DNA of 48,959 nucleotides from the sequence record DRR723986_4988; one strand, written 5' to 3'. This document shows, piece by piece, positions 17,460 through 26,757 of this stretch (positions within the stretch are counted from its first letter, which is position 1; each line of letters begins with the position of its first letter). The notes below the pieces were generated by a model that saw nothing but the letters and a program-made list of their open reading frames with translations, made no database searches and was not told where the DNA came from. The position numbers and the translations under genes were made by a program.

Positions 17460-18533
17460 TTAACGCAGTAACTGCCGTGCGCCGCTGATCGGGGCGATAT
17501 CCCGCACCGTTAAGACCGCCTTTTCCGCACTGCAGACGCTGGGAATAGCGTTGACGATCCAGTTTGCCGCAGAGGCATTACCTCCACCGGCAGGTCCGGC
17601 ATCATGATGGTCCTTGCCGTGCAGGGTTACGTGCAGATCCGGGTCACCACTGATGATGACCTGGTGGCAACCGCGGCCTTCCGGCGGATAGGGCCAGTCA
17701 GTGGCGCAGTCGTCATCGATCCGGGTGACGTGTTCCAGGACATACAGTGGCTTCCCACCCACCAGGCCGCGAATTTCGAAGCGGAACGCGCCCTGCGTAC
17801 CGGCCTCGAAAACTCCCATGCCCGGTACGTCGATGGTTTTTTCCAGCGGCCGACGTTCGACGTGTACCTCGATTTCCTCAACCGGGGCAGCCAGCGCCTC
17901 ACCCACGATTCTCAGCATCGGTGCCCACACCATCTCGATAGCAAAGTCATTCAGCATCAGCGGGGTCTCCGCCATGGACTGGCCGAAGCCGATGACTTCC
18001 CGCACCACATGCGGCTGGTCATACAGGGCGTAGTTGAAGATTTCCCGCGAGCGGATTTCACGGATGCCGGAAACGGCGCCACTGAGCATGATCGGCAGCG
18101 CGTCCATGGCCCAGCCGGGATCAATGCCCGATACCAGCAGCGATGCGCCCTTGCTCTGGCAGGCGGTTTCGATGACCTTGAGTGCATCCTGCGGGCAGGA
18201 GTCCGGGTGCAGGAAGCTGTAAAAGGACGTCGATACCACGTTGATACCTGCTTCCAGGCAGGCTAACAGATCGCGCATGGCATCCACGGGACGCGTATCC
18301 GCCGTCGCCGTATAAACCACCGCATCGGCCCCGGCGGCCAGCACGCTGCGCCAGTCGTCAGTGGCCAGGACGCCCAATTTGCCGATGCCGGCGATGTCTC
18401 CGGCATCCAGTCCGACCTTTCCGGGGCTGGCGACAATCGCACCCACGAGTTCCAGGTCCTGGTGGGAGGCGATCGCCCGAATGGCGGGTCGTCCTACATT
18501 GCCTGTACCCCAGACAATAACCTTGTGTCCCAT
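17460..18533 (-). CDS. NAD(P)-dependent oxidoreductase, DapB-like / amine dehydrogenase (2,4-diaminopentanoate dehydrogenase-like) family
   Basis: VIVWGTGNVG Rossmann motif, KVGLDAG, AGINVVS, SGIDPGW, C-terminal VNAIPSVC; GGAG RBS. Confidence 0.8.
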   Translation of the reverse strand: MGHKVIVWGTGNVGRPAIRAIASHQDLELVGAIVASPGKVGLDAGDIAGIGKLGVLATDDWRSVLAAGADAVVYTATADTRPVDAMRDLLACLEAGINVVSTSFYSFLHPDSCPQDALKVIETACQSKGASLLVSGIDPGWAMDALPIMLSGAVSGIREIRSREIFNYALYDQPHVVREVIGFGQSMAETPLMLNDFAIEMVWAPMLRIVGEALAAPVEEIEVHVERRPLEKTIDVPGMGVFEAGTQGAFRFEIRGLVGGKPLYVLEHVTRIDDDCATDWPYPPEGRGCHQVIISGDPDLHVTLHGKDHHDAGPAGGGNASAANWIVNAIPSVCSAEKAVLTVRDIAPISGARQLLR

Positions 18534-18780
18534 TATTATTCTCCTGTCAGTTGCAGCGGCTGTCTGTTGCTGACAGCAGCGCAGTCGGCCTGAGTGTCAT
18601 TTAGGCACAGATTGGCGGCGGGGCTGCAGATTTTGTTGCGCGCCGCCAGATACAGCGCGGCATCGGTTATTTTTTCATACCGTAAAGCCGCGCTGCCGCT
18701 CTGGCCGGGTGGCTTTTCACAGGAGGCAGGGTTTAAGCTTGCTCCAGGATTTTTGCACTTAACGCCACAGGAGCCGCCCG

Positions 18781-19215
18781 ATGTATGAATTCACCGTTGA
18801 GAAGACCCTCGATGTCCCCAGACAGAAGCTCTGGGAGGTGGTGGCTGACTTCGCCAATCTTGACTGGTACCAGGGGGCCGAGCGGGTTGAGCGCGAGGGA
18901 GAGGGCGTCGGCCAGGTGCGACGGATATTCATGCCTGGCATGGAAGCGCCGGTAGAGGAGAAGCTGCTCGCCATCGACCCCCAGACCTCCACCCTGCAAT
19001 ACACTGTTCTTGAAGGTGCGGTGAATATCATGTGTGACTACTGCGTAACTGCCCACCTGGCTGATGCGGAAGGTGGAGCTACCCGGGCCAACTGGCAAGC
19101 CACGTTTTCCGGCGTATCGATCGAGGGTGTCGCTCCCGAGGATATGATCGCAGTGATGACATCGACCTACGATGGCATGCTGGACGCCATGGCCGAGGCG
19201 GCCAGGTCGCGCTGA
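18781..19215 (+). CDS. SRPBCC (polyketide cyclase/START-like) protein
   Basis: LWEVVADF, GEGVGQVRRI, EEKLLAID, LQYTV; 144 aa; AGGAG RBS. Confidence 0.85.
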   Translation: MYEFTVEKTLDVPRQKLWEVVADFANLDWYQGAERVEREGEGVGQVRRIFMPGMEAPVEEKLLAIDPQTSTLQYTVLEGAVNIMCDYCVTAHLADAEGGATRANWQATFSGVSIEGVAPEDMIAVMTSTYDGMLDAMAEAARSR

Positions 19216-19344
19216 TCCAGAACACCCCGGGCCGGCCTTGCCGGCGCGCCTGGCGAACACGCCAGGCAGCCCGTTGTCTCGGTCGGTTTGGGCAGTGGCG
19301 GCTCTCGCGTATAGTAGGCGGTTTAGCGCGCCAGCCCTGTAGCC

Positions 19345-21177
19345 ATGCCATTCAAATTCTTTGAGCAGTTAGTCGACCCGTTTCCGCCGGTGGCGCCGGG
19401 TCGCTCGCCGCGTTCCGTTTACCAGTTCTGTCGCCATTACGCGCGCGGCCTGGAGCCGTACCTGCTGCTGATGGCGGTGCTCAGCATGGTGATCGCGATC
19501 ATCGAAGTGTCGCTGTTCAATGTGATGGGTGCTGTCGTCGACCTGCTGGCGAGCAATACACCGGAAGCGGTAGGGCAGGGTGCCGGCCGGGATGTGTTGT
19601 GGTTCGCCCTGGGCCTGCTGGTGGCCTATCCCCTGCTGGTTGGCCTGCAGTCCCTGCTGTTACACCAGACGCTCATGGGTAACTTTCCCATGATTGTGCG
19701 GTGGTTGTCGCACCGCTACCTGTTACGGCAAAGCCTCAGTTTCTTCCATGATGAATTCGCCGGCCGGATAGCAACCCGGGTGATGCAGACCGCGCTGGCG
19801 GTGCGAACCACGGTGATCAAGCTGTTGGATATCATGGTCTATGTGACCGTGTACTTCCTGTCGGTGCTGGCTCTGTTCGCCGCGATCGACCCGCGCCTTG
19901 CTCTGCCCCTGCTGGGCTGGCTGGCCATCTACATCGGCATCCTGATGGTCGTACTCCCAAGGTTCCGGGTGGTGTCGGAGAAGCAGGCTGGTGCCCGCGC
20001 CATGATGACGGGCCGGATTGCTGACAGTTACACCAATATTGCCACCGTGAAACTGTTCTCCCACGCGCGTCGTGAGGCGGCCTATGCGCGGGAGGGCATG
20101 GAGGACTTTCTCGGTACGGTTCATCCGCAGATGCGCCTGGTCACCTGGATGGAATCGTCAGTGGCCCTGAACAACACCCTCATGCTGCTTGCGGTGGGTT
20201 TGACCGCTATTTACCTGTGGTTCACCGGTGATATTACCCCGGGCGCTATCGCCGTTGCGATTGGCCTGTGCCTGCGCATCAACGGGATCAGCGAGTGGAT
20301 AATGTGGGAGGTGTCTGACCTGTTTGAAAACATCGGCACGGTGCGCGACGGCATCAGCGCAATTTCACGCCCGATTGCGATTGAAGACTCCGCCCAGGCG
20401 CAGCCTCTGACGGTGAGCCAGGGGCAAGTGCAGTTTCGCGACGTCAGCTTTGCCTACAATGACGGTCGGCCGGTGTTCGAGGGTTTGCAGCTGGATATAG
20501 CCGCTGGCCAGAAGCTTGGCCTTATCGGGCGTTCAGGCGCCGGTAAATCCACCCTCGTGAACCTGCTGTTGCGCTTCTACGACCTCGATACCGGCAGTAT
20601 CCTGATAGATGGCCAGGATATTCGCGGCGTGACCCAGGAAAGCCTGCGGGCGAACATCGGTATGGTTACCCAGGATACGTCACTGCTGCACCGCACGGTA
20701 CGTGAAAACATCCTCTATGGCCGTCAGGACGCCACGGAGGAGCAACTGATGCAGGCGGTTCACCGGGCTCGGGCCTGGGACTTCATCAAGGACCTGCGCG
20801 ACCATTCGGGCAACCGGGGACTTGACGCAAAGGTCGGGGAGCGCGGGGTCAAACTCAGTGGCGGGCAGCGACAGCGCATCGCGATTGCAAGGGTTATCCT
20901 CAAGGACGCCCCGATCCTGATTCTGGATGAGGCAACGTCCGCACTGGACTCCGAGGTCGAACTGGCTATCCAGGACAGTCTCTACGAGCTGATGGAGGGG
21001 AAAACCGTGATCGCAATCGCTCATCGCCTGTCGACCATCGCTGCTCTCGACCGGCTTGTGGTATTAGAGGAAGGGCGGATTGTCGAGTCTGGTTCGCACG
21101 AGGAATTGCTGCACGGTAAGGGCGTCTACAAGCGCCTGTGGGATTACCAGTCTGGTGGTTTTCTGGCGCCGGACTGA
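19345..21177 (+). CDS. Multidrug-type ABC exporter, fused permease/ATPase
   Basis: FFHDEFAGRIATRVMQT, DSYTNIATVKLF, GRSGAGKS, LSGGQRQR, DEATSALD. Confidence 0.92.
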   Translation: MPFKFFEQLVDPFPPVAPGRSPRSVYQFCRHYARGLEPYLLLMAVLSMVIAIIEVSLFNVMGAVVDLLASNTPEAVGQGAGRDVLWFALGLLVAYPLLVGLQSLLLHQTLMGNFPMIVRWLSHRYLLRQSLSFFHDEFAGRIATRVMQTALAVRTTVIKLLDIMVYVTVYFLSVLALFAAIDPRLALPLLGWLAIYIGILMVVLPRFRVVSEKQAGARAMMTGRIADSYTNIATVKLFSHARREAAYAREGMEDFLGTVHPQMRLVTWMESSVALNNTLMLLAVGLTAIYLWFTGDITPGAIAVAIGLCLRINGISEWIMWEVSDLFENIGTVRDGISAISRPIAIEDSAQAQPLTVSQGQVQFRDVSFAYNDGRPVFEGLQLDIAAGQKLGLIGRSGAGKSTLVNLLLRFYDLDTGSILIDGQDIRGVTQESLRANIGMVTQDTSLLHRTVRENILYGRQDATEEQLMQAVHRARAWDFIKDLRDHSGNRGLDAKVGERGVKLSGGQRQRIAIARVILKDAPILILDEATSALDSEVELAIQDSLYELMEGKTVIAIAHRLSTIAALDRLVVLEEGRIVESGSHEELLHGKGVYKRLWDYQSGGFLAPD

Positions 21178-21201
21178 GTCGGCGCATCAAGCCGGTTCTG
21201 T

Positions 21202-22143
21202 TCAGGCAGTGGCAGCCGCCTTGTTGTCTTCGATCACCACCGTGAAGAAACCGAGCGCGCGGTATTCCTGGCAGATAATGTCCGCGTAGCTTTGGGAAAA
21301 GTAGTGCCCCACGGTGTAACCCCGCCCGCCGGCAAAGGTATGCGCCTCGACCCCTTTGAGCATCAGGCGGATAGCTTCATCCTGTTCTTCATCCTGCGGT
21401 GCGATAATGACCGGATAGCTTGCCGTTACTGCGTCGCTCGACAGGTACTGGTTGATATTGCCAGTAATTTCGTCAAAGGAGAGCTGTTCCTCGGCGGAGC
21501 AGTCATCGTCGATCTCCACCAGCAGTTTGAGCGCGTCCAGCAGTTGCGCGACCTGGGCGCTGGGCGGTGAGGTGTCAAGGTAGGCCAGCAGGGCGTCCCG
21601 GGTGTCCAGTATGCGGCTATTCTCTGGCTCGATGACCGGGATGTCGCTCCAATCGATATCGATATTCCATTCCTCTGCCATGTGTTCAATCAGTGATCGC
21701 TCCCTCGGGTCCAAAACCCCGTCCACGGCAGCCATGCTGGTCAGTACTCGCAGCAGCTGCGGTGTTGAGGCCGGATTTACCAGGGCTTTCGCGAGGCTGG
21801 ATACTTCTTTCTTTTCACGCGCAATGGAGTTCATTGCGAGGCGCCAAAAGCCCTGCTTGCGTTGGCCCTTGACCCAGAACCCGGCGCCGATCATGCACAC
21901 CAGGATGGCCGAGGTAAGCCAGATGATGCTGTCGATGATGCCCAGCAACTCGCCTTTGTAGAGGAAATAAACCCCGAAGAAGAACAGCGGTATTGATTCA
22001 ACGAGAATGCCTGGAATTGAGATGCTGTCCGCGACCTCGGGCAGGTGCTTGCGCGTCCACAGTTTATTCAGCTGAAGGTAGGCAGCACTGGCGGCGAACA
22101 ACAGGGAACCATAGGCCAATGCATTGATGATGCTTTCCAGCAT
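21202..22143 (-). CDS. Membrane protein with N-terminal 3-TM (PQ-loop-like) region and TerB-like domain
   Basis: Three hydrophobic helices, then MAAVDGVLDPRERSLI and LVEIDDDCSAEEQ (TerB-type acidic motifs). Confidence 0.65.
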   Translation of the reverse strand: MLESIINALAYGSLLFAASAAYLQLNKLWTRKHLPEVADSISIPGILVESIPLFFFGVYFLYKGELLGIIDSIIWLTSAILVCMIGAGFWVKGQRKQGFWRLAMNSIAREKKEVSSLAKALVNPASTPQLLRVLTSMAAVDGVLDPRERSLIEHMAEEWNIDIDWSDIPVIEPENSRILDTRDALLAYLDTSPPSAQVAQLLDALKLLVEIDDDCSAEEQLSFDEITGNINQYLSSDAVTASYPVIIAPQDEEQDEAIRLMLKGVEAHTFAGGRGYTVGHYFSQSYADIICQEYRALGFFTVVIEDNKAAATA

Positions 22144-22254
22144 ACGACGCGCTCAGCAGAGTCTCGACATTGCCATCAAGAGTAGCACCGCTGCCGCAGA
22201 TCAACCATTATCCGGTGGGGGCCATCGGACGAATTCCTGCCGCAGCGGGGGCCC

Positions 22255-22629
22255 TCAGCTAACCGGCCCCGGCTCCTCGAAAATCGCATACAGCTTGCGG
22301 GTGGGCTCCACCACCTCCCAGGTACCCTTGAAGCCCTTTGGAATAACGAAATAGTCGCCGGCGCGGAGGGTGTTCGCCTGGCCGGATTCGTCGGTGACCA
22401 CGCTGACCCCGGAAACCAGGTGGCAGGTTTCCTCTTCGGTATAGTCGATGGACCATTTGCCCACCTCGCTCTCCCAGAAGCCCGAGAAGTACTTCCCGCT
22501 GGCATCCGTGTAGAGGTTCCACAGGCGCTGCCGTGGATTGCCCTCAATGAGCTTTTCGGCCGGCAGGAAATACTCCTCCGCCGGTTCGGTACCGGCTTCG
22601 AGGCGCAGCAGTTTGGGCGAGTCGGGCAT
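22255..22629 (-). CDS. Cupin domain protein (Cupin_3/EutQ-like)
   Basis: GFWESEVGKW, EETCHLVSG, LRAGDYFVIPKGFKGTWEV; ATG 22629 after GGAGG. Confidence 0.88.
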   Translation of the reverse strand: MPDSPKLLRLEAGTEPAEEYFLPAEKLIEGNPRQRLWNLYTDASGKYFSGFWESEVGKWSIDYTEEETCHLVSGVSVVTDESGQANTLRAGDYFVIPKGFKGTWEVVEPTRKLYAIFEEPGPVS

Positions 22630-22675
22630 GGGTGCCTCCGTCAGCGGGCAAGTTTTGAACGCGGCATAGCCCGCG

Positions 22676-23407
22676 TTACTGGGGTAGCTCCAATTGGGCT
22701 GCGAGGCTTGTTTCCACCATAGTTCCCGCAGGCACATTGATGCTCGCGCCGCCGGTCAGGATCGATGTGCCTGCACCGACTTTCGCGCCGGTCTTGGCGC
22801 CAGAGCTGCCATTGATCAGTCCGCCAATCGCTGCTGCCCGCGCGGTGCGGCCCACGGTTCTGCCGGCTTCGTTTTCAGATTGTGCTTTCAGTCCGCTGGT
22901 GCTGATCTCAAACAGCCGGTCGTCGATCATAATGTCGGTGAATTCAATCGCCATTTCGGAGGAACCGGCCAGCCTGCCCGCCTGTTTAGCCTGGACGATG
23001 CGCCCGTGAACGAAGCTGCCGCGGGGCACCACCGTCACATTATTAACCGTGAGGGCGCCCTCCAGCTGCCCGCGAAAGCGATGCCCGACGCCGTGGCGGC
23101 GTGAGTCAATGGTGTCCGTCAGGCGAATAACCAGTCGTGTGCCTGCCGGTACCGTGAGCATCGACGGTGCGGGCGCGCTTCTTTCCTGCTGGGCGTTGGC
23201 GATACCGGCGCTGAGGAACAGGCCGACCACTTCCTCTTCCGGGAAGGCCTCGATACCGTCGCCGGTATTGAACATGATGATGCCATTGCTGCTGCCGACG
23301 AAGTCGCCCTCCAGCAAGGTGCCATCGGACAGCTCGAGCGTGTCAGCGAACAGCAGCGGAGAGGCGATGAGCAGGGCGGTGGCGACTGTCTTGAACGGGG
23401 TTTTCAT
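22676..23407 (-). CDS. Hypothetical secreted protein with TrbI/VirB10-like beta domain and glycine-zipper segment
   Basis: Signal peptide MKTPFK...LFA-D; TVPAGTRLVIRLTDTIDS, VVPRGSFVHGRI, AAAIGGLINGSSGAKTGAKVGAG, NVPAGT; TGAGG RBS. Confidence 0.7.
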   Translation of the reverse strand: MKTPFKTVATALLIASPLLFADTLELSDGTLLEGDFVGSSNGIIMFNTGDGIEAFPEEEVVGLFLSAGIANAQQERSAPAPSMLTVPAGTRLVIRLTDTIDSRRHGVGHRFRGQLEGALTVNNVTVVPRGSFVHGRIVQAKQAGRLAGSSEMAIEFTDIMIDDRLFEISTSGLKAQSENEAGRTVGRTARAAAIGGLINGSSGAKTGAKVGAGTSILTGGASINVPAGTMVETSLAAQLELPQ

Positions 23408-23607
23408 TACGGCATACCTCAATTGGGGTCATAGCATGGTGGCGGAGAAGGGAAAAGGTAACGCGATGTGGCCCACGGCTCAACTCCGGGGCCAACTCCG
23501 GCACATTCGGCGTGCGTTGCCGGGAAACATCCTGTTGTATAGTGGCCGGCCATCGGGGTGCCTGTCGCGCATGCCGGAACCGGGTGAGAACGTTGAGGGA
23601 GGCAATT

Positions 23608-24099
23608 ATGGATGCGGAGGTCGGCGAGCCCGCTGGGGCTGATGGCGCTGGCAGGAGTCTGCTGCGGCGCGCGGGCCCGGCGGATCTCCAGCGACTGCTA
23701 GTGCTGATCCGTGAGTTCTGCCTGGTAGACCAGCATGTTTACGATGAGGCGCGACTGCGGATCGCCCTCGGGCCGTTGCTGGAGGGAGATCGCTTCGGCG
23801 TGGTGTGGCTTATTGGCGAGCCGGTCTATGGCTACGCCGTGGTCTGCTGGAGTTACAGTCTGGAATCCGGCGGTCTGGAAGCCCTGCTCGACGAAATTTA
23901 TGTCGCCGACAGGGGCCGCGGGCTGGGATCCCTGGCGTTACGGGAGATTCTGGAAGATGTTGCCGCTCGCGGGATCCAGCGAATGTTCCTGGAAACCGAG
24001 GCGCATAACGCACGGGTGCGCAGTTTTTATAGTCGGGCCGGGTTCGCCGTGGAAGACTCGATCTGGATGGCCTGCGACCTTGAGCTAACGACGGAGTAG
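23608..24099 (+). CDS. GNAT family N-acetyltransferase
   Basis: LDEIYV..RGRGLGS acetyl-CoA motif, N..VRSFYSRAGF; GGGAGG RBS before ATG 23608. Confidence 0.85.
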   Translation: MDAEVGEPAGADGAGRSLLRRAGPADLQRLLVLIREFCLVDQHVYDEARLRIALGPLLEGDRFGVVWLIGEPVYGYAVVCWSYSLESGGLEALLDEIYVADRGRGLGSLALREILEDVAARGIQRMFLETEAHNARVRSFYSRAGFAVEDSIWMACDLELTTE

Positions 24100-24106
24100 A
24101 ACAATT

Positions 24107-24964
24107 ATGCTGAAACCTGAAGACATGTACCTGGAAGGGAAAACCGCACTGGTCACCGGTGCCGGGCGCGGTATTGGCTTCGCGATCGCCGAAACCCTGG
24201 CTAACTTTAAAGCGGCGGTATTGCTGATTGACCGGGACGAGGCGCTGTTGGCTGCAGCCTGCGAACGGATTACGGCCGCGGGTGGTGCCGCGCAGGCCCA
24301 TGTGCTGGATGTCACCGACAGCGATGCGGTGACTGCGCTGGCGGCGCAGTTCGCCGCCGACGGGCAGGCCATCGATATCCTGGTCAACAATGTTGGTGAT
24401 CACCTGAATCTCATCAAGCCCTTCCTGGAGTCCAGCGAGGAGGAATGGGATGCGATCTATGACATCAATCTCAAGCACATTTTCCGCTGTATTCGGGCTT
24501 TTGCGCCAATCATCCGGGATGCGGGCAGGGGAGGGAGCATCATCAACATATCCTCCATCGAGGGTTATCGGGCGATTCCTACCTGCGCCACTTATGGCGC
24601 AATGAAAACCGCGATATCCGGCTTTGTGCGCAGCCTCGCCATGGAGCTGGCTCCCTATCAGATCCGGGTAAATGCGGTGGCACCAGAGACGACTGAAACC
24701 GAGCAGGTTAATCCCCGTGCCTTTACCCACCCGCAACACCTGCACCATTGGGACATCTGGAATCCCCTCGGTCGCTGGGGGCAGCCCCGGGATACCGCGG
24801 GAGCGGTGCTCTACCTTGCTACCGGCATGGCCGACTGGGTGACCGGTACCACCATCCATGTCGACGGCGGCGCTCTGGCGGCGGCTGGCTGGTACCGCAT
24901 GCCCGGTGAGCAGCAACGTTGGACGCTGGCACCGGTTATTGAGGACAGCGGGTTTATCTACTGA
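24107..24964 (+). CDS. SDR family oxidoreductase
   Basis: ALVTGAGRGIG, NNVG, INISS, YGAMK, IRVNAVAP, VTGTTIHVDGG. Confidence 0.92.
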   Translation: MLKPEDMYLEGKTALVTGAGRGIGFAIAETLANFKAAVLLIDRDEALLAAACERITAAGGAAQAHVLDVTDSDAVTALAAQFAADGQAIDILVNNVGDHLNLIKPFLESSEEEWDAIYDINLKHIFRCIRAFAPIIRDAGRGGSIINISSIEGYRAIPTCATYGAMKTAISGFVRSLAMELAPYQIRVNAVAPETTETEQVNPRAFTHPQHLHHWDIWNPLGRWGQPRDTAGAVLYLATGMADWVTGTTIHVDGGALAAAGWYRMPGEQQRWTLAPVIEDSGFIY

Positions 24965-25117
24965 TGACAGCCTGCCGCCTGCTCATCAGCGGCGGGTCTG
25001 GGGTTCGGCACCCTGGAATTGCCCGGTGCTGGCGGAGTTAGGCGATTCAGGTTAAACCCTTGCACCGATCATGCACTACAATGGGGCCGCCTGCGGTGGT
25101 CGCAAGAGATGGTAGAA

Positions 25118-25933
25118 ATGGCTTCAGACAAACCGGTCAAGGACACGGAGTTCCTCAGTACCCTGGCTCGCGGGTTGTCAGTGCTGCGCTCGTTCTCGCG
25201 TGAGCAGCCGGCGATGACCCTCAGCGAAGTCGCCGTCGCCACCGACCTCAGTCCCGCGGTGGCCAGGCGCTGCCTGCACACGCTGCAGGAGCTTGGCTAC
25301 GTGGGCAAGAAGGGCAAGCAGTTCCTGCTGACGCCCGAGGTAATGAGCTTTGCGTCGGCATTTCTCGAGTCGATGAGCATCGAGGAAGTCATCCGGCCTC
25401 ACCTGCAGATCGTCCGGGACAAGACTGGCGACAGCTCGTCGCTGGCGGTGTTCGCCAATCCGGACGTGCTCTACCTTATTCACGTATCCACCAGTCGGAT
25501 GGTGCGTCTCGCCGCAGGGGTTGGCACCCGCTTTCCGGCCTATGCGACCTCGCTTGGCCGCATTCTCATCGCCCAGTTACCCGATGATCGTGTGGCAGCC
25601 TACCTGCGCGACACCGATATCCAGAAACACACCGACAAGACGATTACCGATCGCAGCCGCTTGCGGCAGATCCTGCTACAGGCGCGCAAGAACGATTACG
25701 CCACAATTCAGGATGAGCTGGATTACGGTATCGTGTCGGTTGCGGTTCCCATTCGCGCGGCCAACGGTGAGGCGATCGCCGCTATCAACTGCTCGACAGC
25801 GACCTCCAGAGTAGAACCGGGTGAGATGCTGTCGACGCGATTGCCGCTGTTGCGCGAGGCGGCCAAGGAAATAGAGATCGAGCTGCAGCGCTATCCGGCA
25901 CTGGTCAATTCTATTCGCGCGCAGAGCGCCTAG
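25118..25933 (+). CDS. IclR family transcriptional regulator (PcaR/PobR-like)
   Basis: STLARGLSVL, MTLSEVA..TDLSPAVARRCLHTL, VGTRFPAYATSLGR, DELDYGIVSVAVP. Confidence 0.92.
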   Translation: MASDKPVKDTEFLSTLARGLSVLRSFSREQPAMTLSEVAVATDLSPAVARRCLHTLQELGYVGKKGKQFLLTPEVMSFASAFLESMSIEEVIRPHLQIVRDKTGDSSSLAVFANPDVLYLIHVSTSRMVRLAAGVGTRFPAYATSLGRILIAQLPDDRVAAYLRDTDIQKHTDKTITDRSRLRQILLQARKNDYATIQDELDYGIVSVAVPIRAANGEAIAAINCSTATSRVEPGEMLSTRLPLLREAAKEIEIELQRYPALVNSIRAQSA

Positions 25934-26757
25934 CGCTTGGTCTCAACGCCAAGACAAAAGCTCAGCACCGCCAGATTATAGCTTTCGGCCTCGGAAAGAT
26001 TGCTCAGGTGACCGCTGTAGGGCAGCACGATCTCCCGGGCATTCGGGATCAGTTCACAGATGCGCTCGGCATGGGCCCTGCGTCCTGCGGTTTCAAGCGC
26101 ACCGGAAATGACCATCGCAGGTGCTGTGAGTTCGGCAAGGCCGGCACTGAGATCGACCGCCGGAGGCGGCGCGCTACTGGCGGTGAGATCCGCGCCGCGG
26201 TACTCACCGACAATGTCTTCGAGCATCCTGGCCAGGGTCGGGTCGCTGATGCCTGCGCTCATCAACGGGTGTTGTAACCAGTCCTCCCGCACCGCTGCCA
26301 TTTGCCCGGCTGCCGCCATGGCCTGGTAGCGGCCCAGTGGTATCTGCTCTGCTGCCGGCTCATCCACTACAAAGCCATCCAGTGGTGCGCCCTGCAGGAT
26401 CAGCGAGCGAATGCGTTCCGGTCGGCTGGCGGCGTAGCGCAGGGCCAGCCTGCCACCCTGGGACACGCCCAGCAGGTGGACGCTGTCAACCGCAAGTGCG
26501 TTAAGCAGGTCCTCAATGTCGTTCTGGTCGGCAGCGAGGTCGGGTGCGGCCTGTGACTGGCCGAAGCCCCGGCGGTCGTAGCTGATGACAGTCAGGGCCT
26601 GGCTCAGCTCCGGGATCTGCAGGTCGAAGGAGTGCCGGTCCAGGGTCCAGCCATGTACCAGCAGCAGGGGCGGGCCCTCGCCCGTAAAGTAGACCCGCAG
26701 GAGTTCGCCATCGCGGCACCGGACTGTGGTGCTGATCACGGGTGTTTCAGGGGGCAT
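25930..26757 (-). CDS. Alpha/beta hydrolase (PcaD-like fold)
   Basis: HGW, YDRRGFG, GVSQGG nucleophile, SGHL; ATG 26757 overlaps the end of the upstream gene. Confidence 0.85.
   Translation of the reverse strand: MPPETPVISTTVRCRDGELLRVYFTGEGPPLLLVHGWTLDRHSFDLQIPELSQALTVISYDRRGFGQSQAAPDLAADQNDIEDLLNALAVDSVHLLGVSQGGRLALRYAASRPERIRSLILQGAPLDGFVVDEPAAEQIPLGRYQAMAAAGQMAAVREDWLQHPLMSAGISDPTLARMLEDIVGEYRGADLTASSAPPPAVDLSAGLAELTAPAMVISGALETAGRRAHAERICELIPNAREIVLPYSGHLSNLSEAESYNLAVLSFCLGVETKR

Noticed and set aside
17460-18533. Calling this gene dapB
   Set aside because: Lacks the DapB substrate-binding motif HHxxKxDAPSGT and is much longer than typical DapB
23480-23502. Short direct repeat CAACTCCGG x2
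   Set aside because: Only two 9-bp copies with no spacers or cas genes; not a CRISPR array and could be chance
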